Positions 43,326 through 56,070 of a stretch of 64,000 bases of DNA are shown here, in pieces. Under the pieces are notes generated by a model. The model saw only the letters and a list, made by a program, of their open reading frames with translations, was not told the DNA's origin and made no database searches. Every line of letters starts with the position of its first letter. Positions within the stretch are counted from its first letter, which is position 1. Origin of the DNA: Eledone cirrhosa (lineage: Eukaryota); contig OZ024743.1 of NCBI GenBank assembly GCA_964016885.1, forward strand, positions 213,900,001 through 213,964,000, read 5' to 3'. The position numbers and the translations under genes were made by a program.

Positions 43326-43574
43326 TTAGAATTGGTGCTCTGAAATAGCTATATATATATACGAATGTATATATAGTGTATTTTGCAATACAGTGTATGC
43401 TTAATTAAAAGCATTTCGAAGACCTTATGCTATTGTTTTAGAGTAGTGACAGTCTCACTTACTTTAATTTTCAGCAAACAGAGACTGTCACTACTCTAAA
43501 ACAATAGCATGAGGTCTTCGAAATGCTTTTAATTAAGTATACAGTGTATTGCAAAAAACACTATATATACATTC

Positions 43575-43577
<3 letters not shown>
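43326..43577. mobile_element. Fold-back copy of family E (no HHR core)
   Basis: Inverted arms around ~43470 matching 46165-46295. Confidence 0.8.
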
Positions 43578-43627
<50 letters not shown>

Positions 43628-43727
43628 CATACATATATATACCTATTTATATATACATATATATATATACATATATATATACATACATATATATAAACAT
43701 ACATATATATATATATACATACCTATT

Positions 43728-43767
<40 letters not shown>

Positions 43768-43897
43768 ATGTAGGAGGTGAGTTTTATTGTAGTACAATAA
43801 AGCAATGCAGATATCGGATAAGAAGCACTCTACAGTTTGTAGGACTGGAGTATACATAATATATAAGAACAAAAGATGGTTAAAGGAGTTCCATCTA

Positions 43898-43964
43898 TTT
43901 TATTATGCGCATTTCAAAAACAAACATCATCATGCAATAATATTTGTGTTTTCATCAGATAAAA
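43898..43964 (-). ncRNA. Minimal hammerhead ribozyme, family J
   Basis: ttttat CTGATGA aaac...gttttt GAAA tgcgca TA ataaaa. Confidence 0.75.
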
Positions 43965-44102
43965 CAGGATAAAATAGCCTAAAGATAAAACAGATAAAAT
44001 AGCCTAAAGATAAAACAGATAAAATAGCCTAAAGATAAAACAGATAAAATAGCCATCAGATATAACAGATAAAATAGCCTTCATATCATGTCCTCCTGCC
44101 TG

Positions 44103-44169
44103 TTTTATCTGATGAAAACACAAATATTATTACATGATGATGTTTGTTTTTGAAATACGCATAATAAAA
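44103..44169 (+). ncRNA. Minimal hammerhead ribozyme, family J
   Basis: ttttat CTGATGA aaac...gttttt GAAA tacgca TA ataaaa. Confidence 0.7.
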
Positions 44170-44199
44170 TACATGGAACTCCTTTAACCATCTTTTGTT

Positions 44200-44259
<60 letters not shown>

Positions 44260-44291
44260 TGTACACACACACACACACATATATATATAAA

Positions 44292-45177
44292 TGAAATAGA
44301 ATGAAACGAAATTTCATTTCTCACACTTAGTACGGCACTTACTTAAATGTATGTAAGTATGTACGTATAGGTACATACATATATGTATACATACGTACAG
44401 TAGTATGTATATATATACATACATGCACACATATATATATATGCACGTATAGGTTTAGCGAACATTTATTATAATGCTCGGTTTGTTTGTTAATAAAGAA
44501 ACAAACAGCTCGAATTACGCCGTACGGTGTTTAGGCAACCACGTCACCTTTTTGTTCAACACTGACACAGAAACGATGTACTAGTTTCAAGCTTATTAGC
44601 TATCGTCAGCATCGAATACCTTCATGCCAGATGGTTGAAGGTCTCAAAGTATATACTTTCCTTATGCATATTAACGGCTGAGCAGCCTAAATTGCATATC
44701 GAGTGAGTTCAGTCGGCCGGGCACACCGAAAACGATAAGTGGAATAGAATGAAACTAAATTTCATTTCTCACTCTTAGTACGGCTGTTACGTAAATATAA
44801 GTATGTATACGTTTTCGGTGCGCCCGGCCGATTAACTCACACTATATGCAAATTAGGCTGCTCAGCCGTTAATATGCATAAGGAAAGTATATACTTTCAG
44901 ACGTTCAATCATCTGGCAGGAAGGTATACGTTGCTAACGCTAGCTAATAAGCTTGAAACTAGTACATCGTTCCTTTGTCAGTGTTGAACAAAAGGGCAAC
45001 GATGGTTGCTAAACACTGTACGGCTTAATTCGGTTTGTTTAAAAACACACCGAGCATTATAATAAATGTTCAGTGAATCCATACGTACACATATATATAT
45101 ATATATATGTGTGCATGTATGTATATATATACATACTACTGTACGTCTGTATACATATATGTATGCACGTATACATA

Positions 45178-45182
<5 letters not shown>
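44292..45182. mobile_element. Family D: >1 tandem unit (period ~448 bp) plus inverted arm
   Basis: aatagaatgaaac..aatttcatttctcac at 44295 and 44743; 44811-45182 inverted relative to 44345-44733. Confidence 0.82.
44574..44614 (-). ncRNA. Minimal hammerhead ribozyme, family D (intact)
   Basis: cgatg CTGACGA t agct-aata-agct t GAAA ctag TA catcg; mirror at 44929-44969 has a mutated core. Confidence 0.8.
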
Positions 45183-45237
<55 letters not shown>

Positions 45238-45568
45238 CATATATGGGATAACAAATTATCGTTATAGGTAATCCAGTTAGAGTACTCCGCGCCGTGGATA
45301 GTTTTAACGTACGGCTTTGTTTGACTCAACAAGATCTTTCCATAGTTATGCAGCGAGTTAGCGGTAATTTCTATGTAGGTTTTACTTGGAGTAATAATAG
45401 TTGAAGAAAGAAGAGTAACATGGTTGGCTGTACAATAAGGGCCTTATTTAAAGTACTGACAATTGTTTCGTTGATCAGGTGTGTCTAGAGTCCGCTAATC
45501 GCTCGAGGTTGCGTCAATCAATCTCCAATACATTTTATATATACATTATATATATATATATGTTTATA

Positions 45569-45601
<33 letters not shown>

Positions 45602-45615
45602 ATAAATATATATGC

Positions 45616-45678
<63 letters not shown>

Positions 45679-45697
45679 GGTATATATGTATGTATAT

Positions 45698-45877
45698 AAA
45701 TCTAAAGAGGGCTCGATAATGATAAATATATATCAGATATATAAGAACCGTAGAGCAATTATTTATTAAAATAACAGATTAAATTTTAAGCAAAGAATCG
45801 CTGCTTTCACCCTTAAAGAAGATCCCGGTAAGGGTAAAAGCAGCGATTCTTTGCTTAAACTTTAATCTGTTATTTTA

Positions 45878-45884
<7 letters not shown>
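45698..45884. mobile_element. Fold-back family H
   Basis: Arms ~45760-45815 and ~45829-45884 plus tail shared with 51947-52068. Confidence 0.75.
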
Positions 45885-45947
<63 letters not shown>

Positions 45948-45968
45948 GTATGTATGTATATATGTATG

Positions 45969-46007
<39 letters not shown>

Positions 46008-46087
46008 ATATATATGCATGTATGTATATATATATAATTCTATAAGAATCAAACATTGATGATCTTCAGCAAACAGGCGGAGTACTT

Positions 46088-46132
46088 AGCTTTGATAAGC
46101 ACCAAAAAGTGCGAAACAGTGCTCTGTCAGCT
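46088..46132 (+). ncRNA. Hammerhead ribozyme, U3-A8 core variant
   Basis: agct TTGATAA gcac-caaaaa-gtgc GAAA cagtgctctg TC agct. Confidence 0.75.
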
Positions 46133-46406
46133 TTATCTCCACTGTTTGCTGAATATTGAAGTAAGTGAGACTGTCACTACTCTAAAACAATAGCGTAAGG
46201 TCTTTGAAATGCTTTTAATTAAGCATACAGTGTATTGCAAACTACACTATATATACATTCATATATATATGGCTATTTCAGAGCACCAATTCTAATTTTC
46301 AATTTGAGCTTGATAGGCAACCGCTCTGTAAAATCAGTTGCTATTTATTACTAGAATTCTATAAGAATCAAATATTCATGATTTTCAGCAAACAGGCGGA
46401 GTACTT

Positions 46407-46451
46407 AGCTTTGATAAGCACCAACAAGTGCGAAACAGAGCTCTGTCAGCT
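46407..46451 (+). ncRNA. Hammerhead ribozyme, U3-A8 core variant
   Basis: agct TTGATAA gcac-caacaa-gtgc GAAA cagagctctg TC agct. Confidence 0.8.
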
Positions 46452-46743
46452 TTATCTCCCCTGTTTGCTGAAAATTAAAATAAGTGAGACTGTTACTACT
46501 CTAAAAGAATAGCGTAAGGTCTCCGAAATGCTTTTAATTAAGTGTACTGTGTATTGCAAAATACACTATATATATATATATAAATAAATATACACGGGTG
46601 TTCATGATTGTGTATAGAAGATTATATTAATAAAAGGGATTCCAACTTTGTCTGATTTACTCGTTTTATTTATAATTCTTTAAAATTTATAATGGTATTA
46701 GAATGAAATACTATGGTAGAATATTAAATGTTAAGTGTTAATT

Positions 46744-46780
46744 GAACAAGTACTTTCATACTTTCGCAATCTTCAGGTTC
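46744..46780 (-). ncRNA. Minimal hammerhead ribozyme, family F
   Basis: gaac CTGAAGA t tgc-gaaa-gta t GAAA gtac TT gttc. Confidence 0.78.
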
Positions 46781-46838
46781 ACATTCTGTGGTGACAGACA
46801 AGATTGTAATTTTCAACTTGACTGTCACCACAGAATAG

Positions 46839-46875
46839 GAACCTGAAGATTGCGAAAGTATGAAAGGACTTGTTC
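46839..46875 (+). ncRNA. Minimal hammerhead ribozyme, family F
   Basis: gaac CTGAAGA t tgc-gaaa-gta t GAAA ggac TT gttc. Confidence 0.72.
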
Positions 46876-47029
46876 AATTAACACTTAACATTTAATATTT
46901 TACCTTACTACTTCATTCTAATACCATTATAAATTTTAAAGGATTGTAAATAAAACAAGTAAATCAGACGAAGCTGCAATTTCTATTATTAATATATATA
47001 CATACACACACACACACACACACATACAA

Positions 47030-47093
<64 letters not shown>

Positions 47094-47098
47094 ATGTA

Positions 47099-47173
47099 GA
47101 ACCCCGACTAGCCTAAGTATTGAGTACTTTGGTGCGTAATGGTCCACCTGGTTCCTTACCACATTTCCTTCGT
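47099..47173. repeat. Family A, tail with collapsed hairpin
   Basis: gaccccgac joined to cctaagtattgagtac...ccttaccacatttccttcg. Confidence 0.7.
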
Positions 47174-47211
47174 TATATATATATATATATAAATATATAT
47201 ATATATACAAG

Positions 47212-47616
47212 TTGGAATAGAATGAAACGAAATTTCATTTCTCACTCTTAGTACGGCACTTACTCGATATGCAAATTAGGCTGCTCACCCGTTAATTTTC
47301 ATAAGGAAAGTATATACTTTCGAACGTTCAACCATCTGGCAGAAGGGTATACAGTACTGACGATAGCTAACAAGCTTGAAACTAGTACATCGTTCCTGTG
47401 TCAGTGTTGAACAAAAAGGTGACGTGGTTGCCTTAACACCGTACGGCATAAATCAGGCTGTCCGTTTGTTTACAAACGAACAAAGCGAATGTTATAATAA
47501 ATATTCGCTAAACTGATGCGTACATATATATATGTGTGCCTGTATGTATATATATATATATATATACATGCTACTGTACGTCTGTATACATATATGTATG
47601 TACGTATACATACATA

Positions 47617-47620
<4 letters not shown>
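47212..47620 (+). mobile_element. Family D copy (short inverted tail + sense arm; HHR 47352-47392 with damaged stem I)
   Basis: CTGACGA tagctaacaagctt GAAA ctag TA catcg; homology to 44811-45182. Confidence 0.8.
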
Positions 47621-47652
<32 letters not shown>

Positions 47653-47689
47653 ATTAAACAAATGGAAACTATATTTATAAAACCATATT

Positions 47690-47755
47690 TATTTCATTAT
47701 ACATATTTCGGGGATACCATATTAAAAATATGGCATGCCTTCTTCAGATAAAATA
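47690..47755 (-). ncRNA. Minimal hammerhead ribozyme at PLE 3' end
   Basis: tattttat CTGAAGA a ggcatgccata-tttttaa-tatggtatccc c GAAA tatgta TA atgaaata; mirror at 50496-50561 has GAAA>TAAA. Confidence 0.72.
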
Positions 47756-49392
47756 CAATATATAAACAGCTTTATAAATAATTTTGACGTACCATAAATA
47801 TTGAGCAACCTTTATGTAAGAAGCTGGTTTGGTAGTGAGATGTTTATAAATATTTAGTGTTAAGCACAGTTAAAAAGAAAGACGGAGAAAAAGAAGAAAT
47901 GTATGTAAAGAAAAACAGAGAGAAATAGAGAGAGATAGGGGAGAGAGAAATAGGGAGGAGGTGAAAAAAGAGAGCCAGCTGAGGCAACAGATGAATAATA
48001 ATAATTCATCATACAAATTGAGAGATTTAGGAGGGAGGGAGTACTGTAATTATTTAGTTATAGTGTTAAGGACAGTTGGGGAGGAGACGGGGAGAAATAA
48101 AAAATGAAGAGAAAACAGAGAGAGAGAAAGATAGAGGTGGGGGAAAAAAGAGGTAGACCAAATAATAATAATTATATATGGGGAGGTGAGAGAAATAGGA
48201 GAGAAATAAGAGAGAAATAAGAGAGAAACTCGAGAGTCAAAGTTAAAATAAGCGATACATAGACTTCATCATATATAAAGAGGGAGGAGAAGAAAGAGCT
48301 ATATCTAGAGAGAGGGATGATAGATTTACATCTTTACGTTATGTCCTATCAATTTGAATTATCAATTCATATGAATTGGGTAATATAATGTAAATATCAA
48401 TATTCATGAATGAGACATAGATACATAATGTGTGAAAAATAATGACCATATGTTTAGTTTAAAATTCTGAGGTCGATGTACCAAAACTGAGATAAAACTT
48501 CAAAAAATACGGAAATATATAAGTATATACATACACATGCATATGCACTTTCCGGAAAATGAAAGAAAGAGAAAAAGAGAAGGTCATCTCAAGTTCTAGT
48601 TGATACTATAGACATACCCATGATCTTACGTGATCAACTCTGTAATTTCTTGTTTCACAGAAAAAAAATGTTTCCCTTGTGTTATAAAAGATTTTACTAT
48701 ATATATATACATAAAAAAATATTAATATTCTTGCCCTCACATATATGATTATCGTTCATGTATAGAATATTATGCATATCTGTAACATATCCAGAACTAT
48801 ACCCACACATACATATATATATATATGTATGCACATATATTTGTACATGGACAGATAAAATAAACAGATAAAATAAAATATACTCTGTAATCATTCCATA
48901 TGCATATTAATACATATGGCCTTTGTACAGAGACAACCAGATATCAATATATCAGCACAGAGATATCGAAACGTTAAAAATATTTTCATCACTCCCTAGA
49001 GTATCTCGGGCCGTAAAAAACACAGTATGCCCCCCATATCAACCACAGAAATCTACCCTTCCAATTTATCTGACAATATATTGCCAAGTTCATTAGAAGC
49101 AATCAGAATCAAAAAGCAAACAAAAAAACCAAAAATTATTCAACAAAACTTATTTAGCAGAAATCATTTAAAGGATTTAGGAGACCCTGTTGTTCTACGG
49201 ATGCTCTTATATTTAGTATAGAAGTTTATCTAGCGTAAAATTTATTCAATAGATTGTGAGCATCTACATTTTAGGGTAGTTTAATTACATTATTAGTATA
49301 TATTTATGAAGAAGGTTTAAAAGAAAAAGTCGAAGGAATCGAAAGATTTATCGTCAGGTTTCATAATTAATTAAATATCTTAATTAATTATA

Positions 49393-50347
49393 CTACATTT
49401 TAAATTTATATTTATATTTAAACGTTGAGTTCAATCTATGTCTGCAGCAACTGAATAAATTGCTCCTTAAATTAAGGGAATTTTTGGATTTTAATATAAA
49501 GAATATCTCCTCCACACAGAGGTCACATGTCTCAGATGAGGAATTAAAAGGAATCCCTCTTGAGACAATATTCCAAAACATCAAATACCCCACGTTATCA
49601 TGTTTAAGTTGCCAGAGTAAGCCTGATAGTGAAGTTGAAGATTTTTTGTTTGGATCTGTGAAAGAATTGTTATGATTATTGTAGCGAAGTTTAAATTCTG
49701 TCGAGGTGGAACCAACATAGTTAAAAGAATTTAAGTTAGTTTTAACATTACAATTGTATATTATATTTTTAACTAAGCAATTGTTATTTAACGAACATTT
49801 AGATTTATTTCTACAGTTACAGTTGTTTAATTGAATATTGTTTTGACTATTATCGGTATTTTGGCTAGGTTTTAGATTCCTATTATTTATTCTGTTAATA
49901 TTTTGTGCTACATTTTTGGTGGACGAGTAAGTTAATTTTATAGTATGTCTATTAAAAATTGAGTGATATTTATGTGTTCTAGGGAAGCGTTTGTCAAGAG
50001 CATTAAAAAATAGTTTAGCAACGTGGGTTTTAATATTTAGTGAGAAGGGGGGGGGGGGGGGGCAAACCATATTATATTTCTAGTTCTATTTCTTTTCCGG
50101 CTTTTGGAATTATTGTAATGTTTTCTATTATAGTTGTTAAAGTTGTTACCGTAATTAAAATTGTTATTATTTTGGTTAGTTTGCCTATTATTATCGATAT
50201 ACTTAATTTGATCACTATATCCTGCTCTAGCTAACGCTTCATTGTAATACTGCGCTTTTTCGTCGAAAATATTTTTATTAGATGAAATTCTTGAGATACG
50301 TTCTTGAACAGAGTTCACTATAGTATTTTTAACAGATCTGGGGTGAT
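49393..50347 (-). pseudogene. PLE thumb/linker/GIY-YIG, frameshifted in a poly-C run
   Basis: NHP...RISRISSN, YNEALARAGY, IIWFAPP|FSLN, CNCRNKSKCSLNNNC, IIYNC, YVG, FKLRYNNH, CDLCVEE; homologous to 32974-34563. Confidence 0.88.
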
Positions 50348-50766
50348 TACATTTCTTCTTTTTCTCCGTCTTTCTTTTTAACTGTGCTTAACACTAAATA
50401 TTTATAAACATCTCACTACCAAACCAACTTCTTACATAAAGGTTGCTCAATATTTATGGTACGTCAAAATTATTTATAAAACTGTTTATATATTGTATTT
50501 TATCTGAAGAAGGCATGCCATATTTTTAATATGGTATCCCCTAAATATGTATAATGAAATAAATATGGTTTTATAAATATAGTTTCCATTTGTTTAATAT
50601 CGTATATCTACTCCAAAACTTGTCGAGTGCTTTATATCAGTTATAAAATATTTACTTGTTGTAACCCAACAATTTTAAATAAAACTTTTGTATATATATA
50701 TATATATATGAAAGACGTAAAATAAGAAAATTTTTAAAAATTAAAAATTAACTTACTAAAATTTTC

Positions 50767-50848
50767 ACTCCAACTAATTAGTTTCTGTAATGGGATAAAT
50801 ATAGTTACGCAATGTAACTATCGATAATTCATTACGTCATCAGGGAGT
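50767..50848 (-). ncRNA. Hammerhead ribozyme, family G
   Basis: actcc CTGATGA c gtaatg...cattac a GAAA ctaattag TT ggagt. Confidence 0.78.
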
Positions 50849-51572
50849 CTATTCTCAGCTAAGTTCCCAGGCGATGCGCGGACACTAGGAACTCATATAA
50901 AAATAATAATTCAGTGGATGGAACAGCTAGCGGGGACTAAATTCCATAGCACTGAAAAATTTCACTGTCTCTGGTCAAGTGGCAGATTCTAAAGAATCAA
51001 TCACGTGACACTGAGGCTAGTCAGTAGCAGTGGAGTGGTATTATGACAAGAGCCTACTACCACTACAATAAATTAGCTGTGGATTTGGCAAGTTTGCTCA
51101 ACAAATAAATAATTTAGAGATAAATATAGAGAATTAGTATATTTACCAACATATGCATACAGATGTACACTAATGCTAGCAAATACATAAGTTATGTCAT
51201 AGTACCTAGGTGGTTCTATGCAGGGGGATGCAGAACAATTATATGAAAGACGTAAAATAAGAACATTTTTAAAAATTAAAAATTAACTTACTAAAATTTT
51301 AACTCCAACTAATTAGTTTCTGTAATGGGATAAATATAGTTACGCAATGTAACTATCGAGAATTCATTACGTTGTCATAATACCACCCCACTCCTACTGA
51401 CTAGCCTCAGTGTCACGTGATTGATTCTTTAGAATCTGCCACTTGACCAGAGGCAGTGGACTTTTTCAGTGCTATGGAATTCAGTCCCCGCTAGCTGTTC
51501 CATCCACTGAATTATTATTTTTATATGAGTTCCTAGTGTCCGCCCATCGCCTGGGAACTTAGCTGAGAATAG

Positions 51573-51654
51573 ACTCCCTGATGACGTAATGAATTCTCGA
51601 TAGTTACATTGCGTAACTATATTTATCCCATTACAGAAACTAATTAGTTGGAGT
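51573..51654 (+). ncRNA. Hammerhead ribozyme, family G
   Basis: Same motif; stem II capped by hairpin atagttac-attgc-gtaactat. Confidence 0.78.
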
Positions 51655-51824
51655 GAAAATTTTAGTAAGTAAGTTAATTTTTAATTTTTAAAAATTTTCT
51701 TATTTTACGTCTTTCATATAATTATTCTGCATCCCCCTGCATAGAACCACCTAGGTACTATGACATAACTTATGTATTTGCTAGCATTAGTGTACATCTG
51801 TACGCATATGTTGGTAAATATACT

Positions 51825-51917
<93 letters not shown>

Positions 51918-51921
<4 letters not shown>

Positions 51922-52068
51922 AATAATGATAAATTAGAAGAGTAAAATCCAAAGAGGGCTCGATAAGGATAAATATATATCAAATATATAAGAACCGTAG
52001 AGCAAATATTTATTAAAATAACAGATTAAAGTTAAGGTGAAAGCAACTTTAATTTGTTATTTTAATAT
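51918..52068. mobile_element. Family H, collapsed fold-back
   Basis: Tail aaagagggctcgataa...gaaccgtagagcaa shared with 45698. Confidence 0.7.
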
Positions 52069-52080
52069 ATATATATATAT

Positions 52081-52681
52081 TTCGTTTCTGAATTTGTTTA
52101 GCAAGATTCTTTATCTGAAAACGTGTGTTGAAACCGATATTGTTATACTTTGGGAGGGTCATGTTGCCAATAAGAAACACACGCACCAGCTGCTTTCACT
52201 TCAATTTATTATAATACATTTATAAATTTAGGAATGTATAAGTTTCCGGTTGGTTGGTTGGTTCCACAACCAGATGGTTGTTTATATATTGTCAAATTTC
52301 TTTCGTCACACATTCTGTGACCTCTTCAGTGACTGGGGATTCTTTTCTTTGCTTTTTGTGCCTCTCCTTTGTTCTGTCCTACGCCCTCTTGTTTTTGTGT
52401 GTTTTTATGTGTTTTTCTGACACAGAAAAACAAGATGGCGTAGGACAGAACAAAAGAGAGGCACAAAATACAAAGAAAATAATCCCCAGTCCCTGAAGAG
52501 GTCACATAATGTGTGACGAAAGAATGTTGACAATATATAAACAACCATCTAGTTGTGGAACCAACCAACCAACCGGAAACTTATAAAGTCCTTAATTTAT
52601 AAATGTATTATAATAAATTGAAGTGAAAGCAACTGGTGCGTGTGTTTCTTATGTGCAACATGATCCTCCCAAAGTATAACA

Positions 52682-52685
<4 letters not shown>
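52081..52685. mobile_element. Family C fold-back: two opposed 3' ends of the 24316-26053 PLE family, HHRs at 52291-52333 (-) and 52489-52531 (+)
   Basis: High similarity to 25725-26053 in both orientations; no coding sequence left. Confidence 0.87.
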
Positions 52686-52771
<86 letters not shown>

Positions 52772-52921
52772 GTATATATATACATACATATATATATATA
52801 CATACATACATATATATATACATACATATATATATATATACATACATACATATATATATATACATACATATATATATATACATACATATATATATATACA
52901 TACATAAATATATATACATAC

Positions 52922-52952
<31 letters not shown>

Positions 52953-53034
52953 CATACTATATATATATATACATACATACATATATATACATACATACAT
53001 ATATTCATATATATGTATATATATATATATATGC

Positions 53035-53070
<36 letters not shown>

Positions 53071-53238
53071 GTATATATATACATACATATATATATATAC
53101 ATACATACATATATATATACATACATATATATATATATACATACATATATATATATATACATACATACATATATATATACATACATATATATATATACAT
53201 ACATATATATATATACATACATATATATATATACATAC

Positions 53239-53273
<35 letters not shown>

Positions 53274-53358
53274 CATACTATATATATATATATACATACA
53301 TACATACATATATATACATACATACATATATTCATATATATGTATATATATATATATA

Positions 53359-53410
<52 letters not shown>

Positions 53411-53474
53411 TATATATATATATATGCATATATATATATATATATATGCATATATATATATATATATATATATA

Positions 53475-53549
<75 letters not shown>

Positions 53550-53735
53550 TATATATATATATATACATACACATATATATACATATATTCATATGCATAT
53601 ATATATATTTAAATAAATAAATAAATAATATATATATATATATAAATAAATATATATATATATACATACTTATACATGTACACATACATACATACACACA
53701 CACATGAAAACACACACATATATATATATATATGT
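52686..53735. repeat. ~1 kb compound (TA)n/(TACA)n microsatellite with ~300-330 bp higher-order duplication
   Basis: Interruption pattern (tttata, catactat, atattcat, atgcat) recurs at ~52761-53035 and ~53060-53365. Confidence 0.85.
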
Positions 53736-54777
53736 ATAATACGGTGTTATTTATGAGCATGGTTCTTGTCAATTGTATTTTCATGCATGAAAACAAATAT
53801 GTATACCTACCTTTGTAAGGATCAATGTGCAAAAGTAACAATAGAGTTAAATATATGTAATATTTATTTCAATATATAAAACATGTTGCATGTTATGCAA
53901 TCTTTTTGTAAGAGAAGCTCCTAACTTTTGCGATTGTGCGTTTGATAGATTTAGAATATAATTTGATGATTTTGTTTATGATTAAGGAAGCATTGTTATT
54001 ATAAACAACATGCACATTGAATGAATAGAATATAAATACATATTCATATATATATATATATGTATACACACATATATAGACGTACATACGTATATATATA
54101 TATATAATCATCCACCCGTCGCAGGAGCAGCAGAAAGCGAAGTGAGGCATGTCTTGTCAGCTACGCTCCCGGTGGAAGGATGGTATTATCCCTGGGGCAG
54201 TGGAATGCCAGCAGTAGTAGTAAGTATGAGAAAGGACAAGAGAAGAGTGTCTGTTCAGTACTTTTGTTTTGTCGCAATGCGTTTTACCAGCAGAAATGTT
54301 TAATTTATATTGCACGAGCTGGCAAAGAAAAACGCAGGCATCCCTATCAATTCGTGCGTAACCGCAAGCCTGATTGAGAGCTGATGAGGTCAGATGCATG
54401 TGTGAATTTATATCGTTTACAACTTAAATTTGTCTTCGTATATTTCTTCTTATCAATTCCACGTGACAACACACTTCGATTTCTGCTATTCCTCTCAAAA
54501 TTTCCTCTATTTCATCTGCCTGTCACTCATCTCACAAATGTAAGGTATTTTTACCCGACTTACATGCTGTCATTGACGGCATTTGGCTGTTGTAAAAACT
54601 ATTCATGCGTTAAGCTTTTACTTATTTCTATGAATTGCAAATACACTCACCCTTCGTCACGATTTTCGAGACAACAATATATATATACGCATTTACACAC
54701 AGACACAGTGTGTGTGTGTGGGGGGGGGGTATGACTGTGTGTGTGTGTGCGGGGGGGGTGAGGTGTGTATATATATG

Positions 54778-54845
<68 letters not shown>

Positions 54846-55359
54846 CAGAGTGTCCCAAAAGACATGTATAGACAATTTGCACATATTAAAATATATGTAG
54901 ATTCTTGATTTGCACCATGGTATCTCATTTCTAGAGAGATTGTGTAGTCAACTCAGACGGAAGTAACTAGAGAAAATATTTTAGTCTGGTCCACTATTGT
55001 TTCCATACTCAAGTATTAAGAGATAATTTAGAATAATATATGCAATATGTTTAGTGTTTGTGACGCCGACGTTTCACAATGCATTTCGACCATATCTTCA
55101 TTTCTCAACCATTATAATTCATAATTGAACCTTCTAACAATTACATGCCAATGTGTTTCCGGTTTCTATTATAGTCTATTAGTAATTTCCTGAATAATAT
55201 TATTTCTTCTCTATTATTGTTGATATAGAGCCCAGGTATGATCTGATCTAGTTGTCCCATGATATGCAAGTAATAACCAGCCTACGTCTTAGCCTAGGTG
55301 AAAACACGGCTGCCTTCCTCTTGTATTGAGGAATCCTATGAAATGACTATTTTGTATAT

Positions 55360-55549
55360 AATTATTTCTACTTTTGGCACAAGGCCAGCAATTATGCTAG
55401 TGCATTACTGGTACTTTATTTTATTGAACCCGTAACGATGAAAGGCAAAGTTAACCACGGCGGGATTTGAACTCAGATCGTAAAAGACCGTAACTTTATG
55501 CTGCAAAGCATGGTGTCAGACCCTCTACCGATACTGCCAATCCGACCCT
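55360..55549 (-). mobile_element. tRNA-type SINE
   Basis: Homologous to the 14281 and 60890 copies. Confidence 0.87.
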
Positions 55550-56070
55550 CCGTGCCAATCCATAATGCAGTCATTTCTGACACAGTCAATTGTGCAAGAC
55601 TTTTGAATTCGTTATTGTTGGTTCGATCAGAGTGCGACATGTCATAACATTCCACAGATTTGATAGAAATACTCATCCCAGCAATATTTTTGGTGCTAGT
55701 GAGACTATTGGTGTTGCAGCTATTTTTCTATGTATATTTTGTAGTTGTGTCTGTTTAGGTTGAATGATGCAATGTACGTCTTCTAGGATGTTGCTGGAGT
55801 TGATATCTGGCGTGTTTAACATTTCAAATGTGTGCATGAAAGTGATTGTAATGATAAATGTTAATTTTGCTGCAGTGATAAGCTGCGCCTTTAAATTACG
55901 ACTTTAAACTACACAGGTGACTTGTGAGTATACACTATATGCAGCTTCCAACGGGTCCTTCTGGATATGATGGGTTATGAATAGAACTTCGGTTTGTCTG
56001 TTAAACAAATGCAGTACATATGAATGGTTTATTATTTCCCATCCTTTCGCTTTCTCTTTACAACGTAATG

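Larger units (their letters stand above)
43773..44206. mobile_element. Fold-back family J with minisatellite spacer
   Basis: Arms 43861-43968 and 44099-44206; spacer of 25-bp repeats gataaaacagataaaatagcctaaa. Confidence 0.8.
46036..46570 (+). mobile_element. Family E: ~1.7 tandem copies of a 319-bp HHR-bearing unit (retrozyme-like)
   Basis: aattctataagaatcaaa at 46036 and 46355; one HHR per unit; (TA)n flanks. Confidence 0.82.
46592..46995. mobile_element. Fold-back family F
   Basis: ~180 bp arms 46624-46802 / 46817-46995 with short one-sided tail. Confidence 0.82.
47650..50690 (-). mobile_element. 5'-truncated Penelope-like element with ~1.7 kb 3'UTR and inverted 3'-end copy
   Basis: Arms 47650-47903 and 50348-50601, tail to 50690; coding remnant 49393-50347. 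Confidence 0.87.
50708..51830. mobile_element. Family G: >1 tandem unit (period ~535 bp) plus circularly permuted inverted arm
   Basis: gaaagacgtaaaataag at 50710 and 51245; 51374-51830 is the reverse complement of 50708-51047 joined to ~51128-51243. Confidence 0.85.

Noticed and set aside
43958-44098. CRISPR-like array
   Set aside because: Head-to-tail repeats without unique spacers, eukaryotic context, no cas genes
45452-45480. Minus-strand GAAA-CAATTG-TC hammerhead 3' half
   Set aside because: No intact CUGANGA with matching stem I upstream; possibly a decayed remnant but unsupported
54843-54860. Tc1/mariner-like TIR start (tacagagtgtcccaaaa)
   Set aside because: No partner inverted repeat or transposase found
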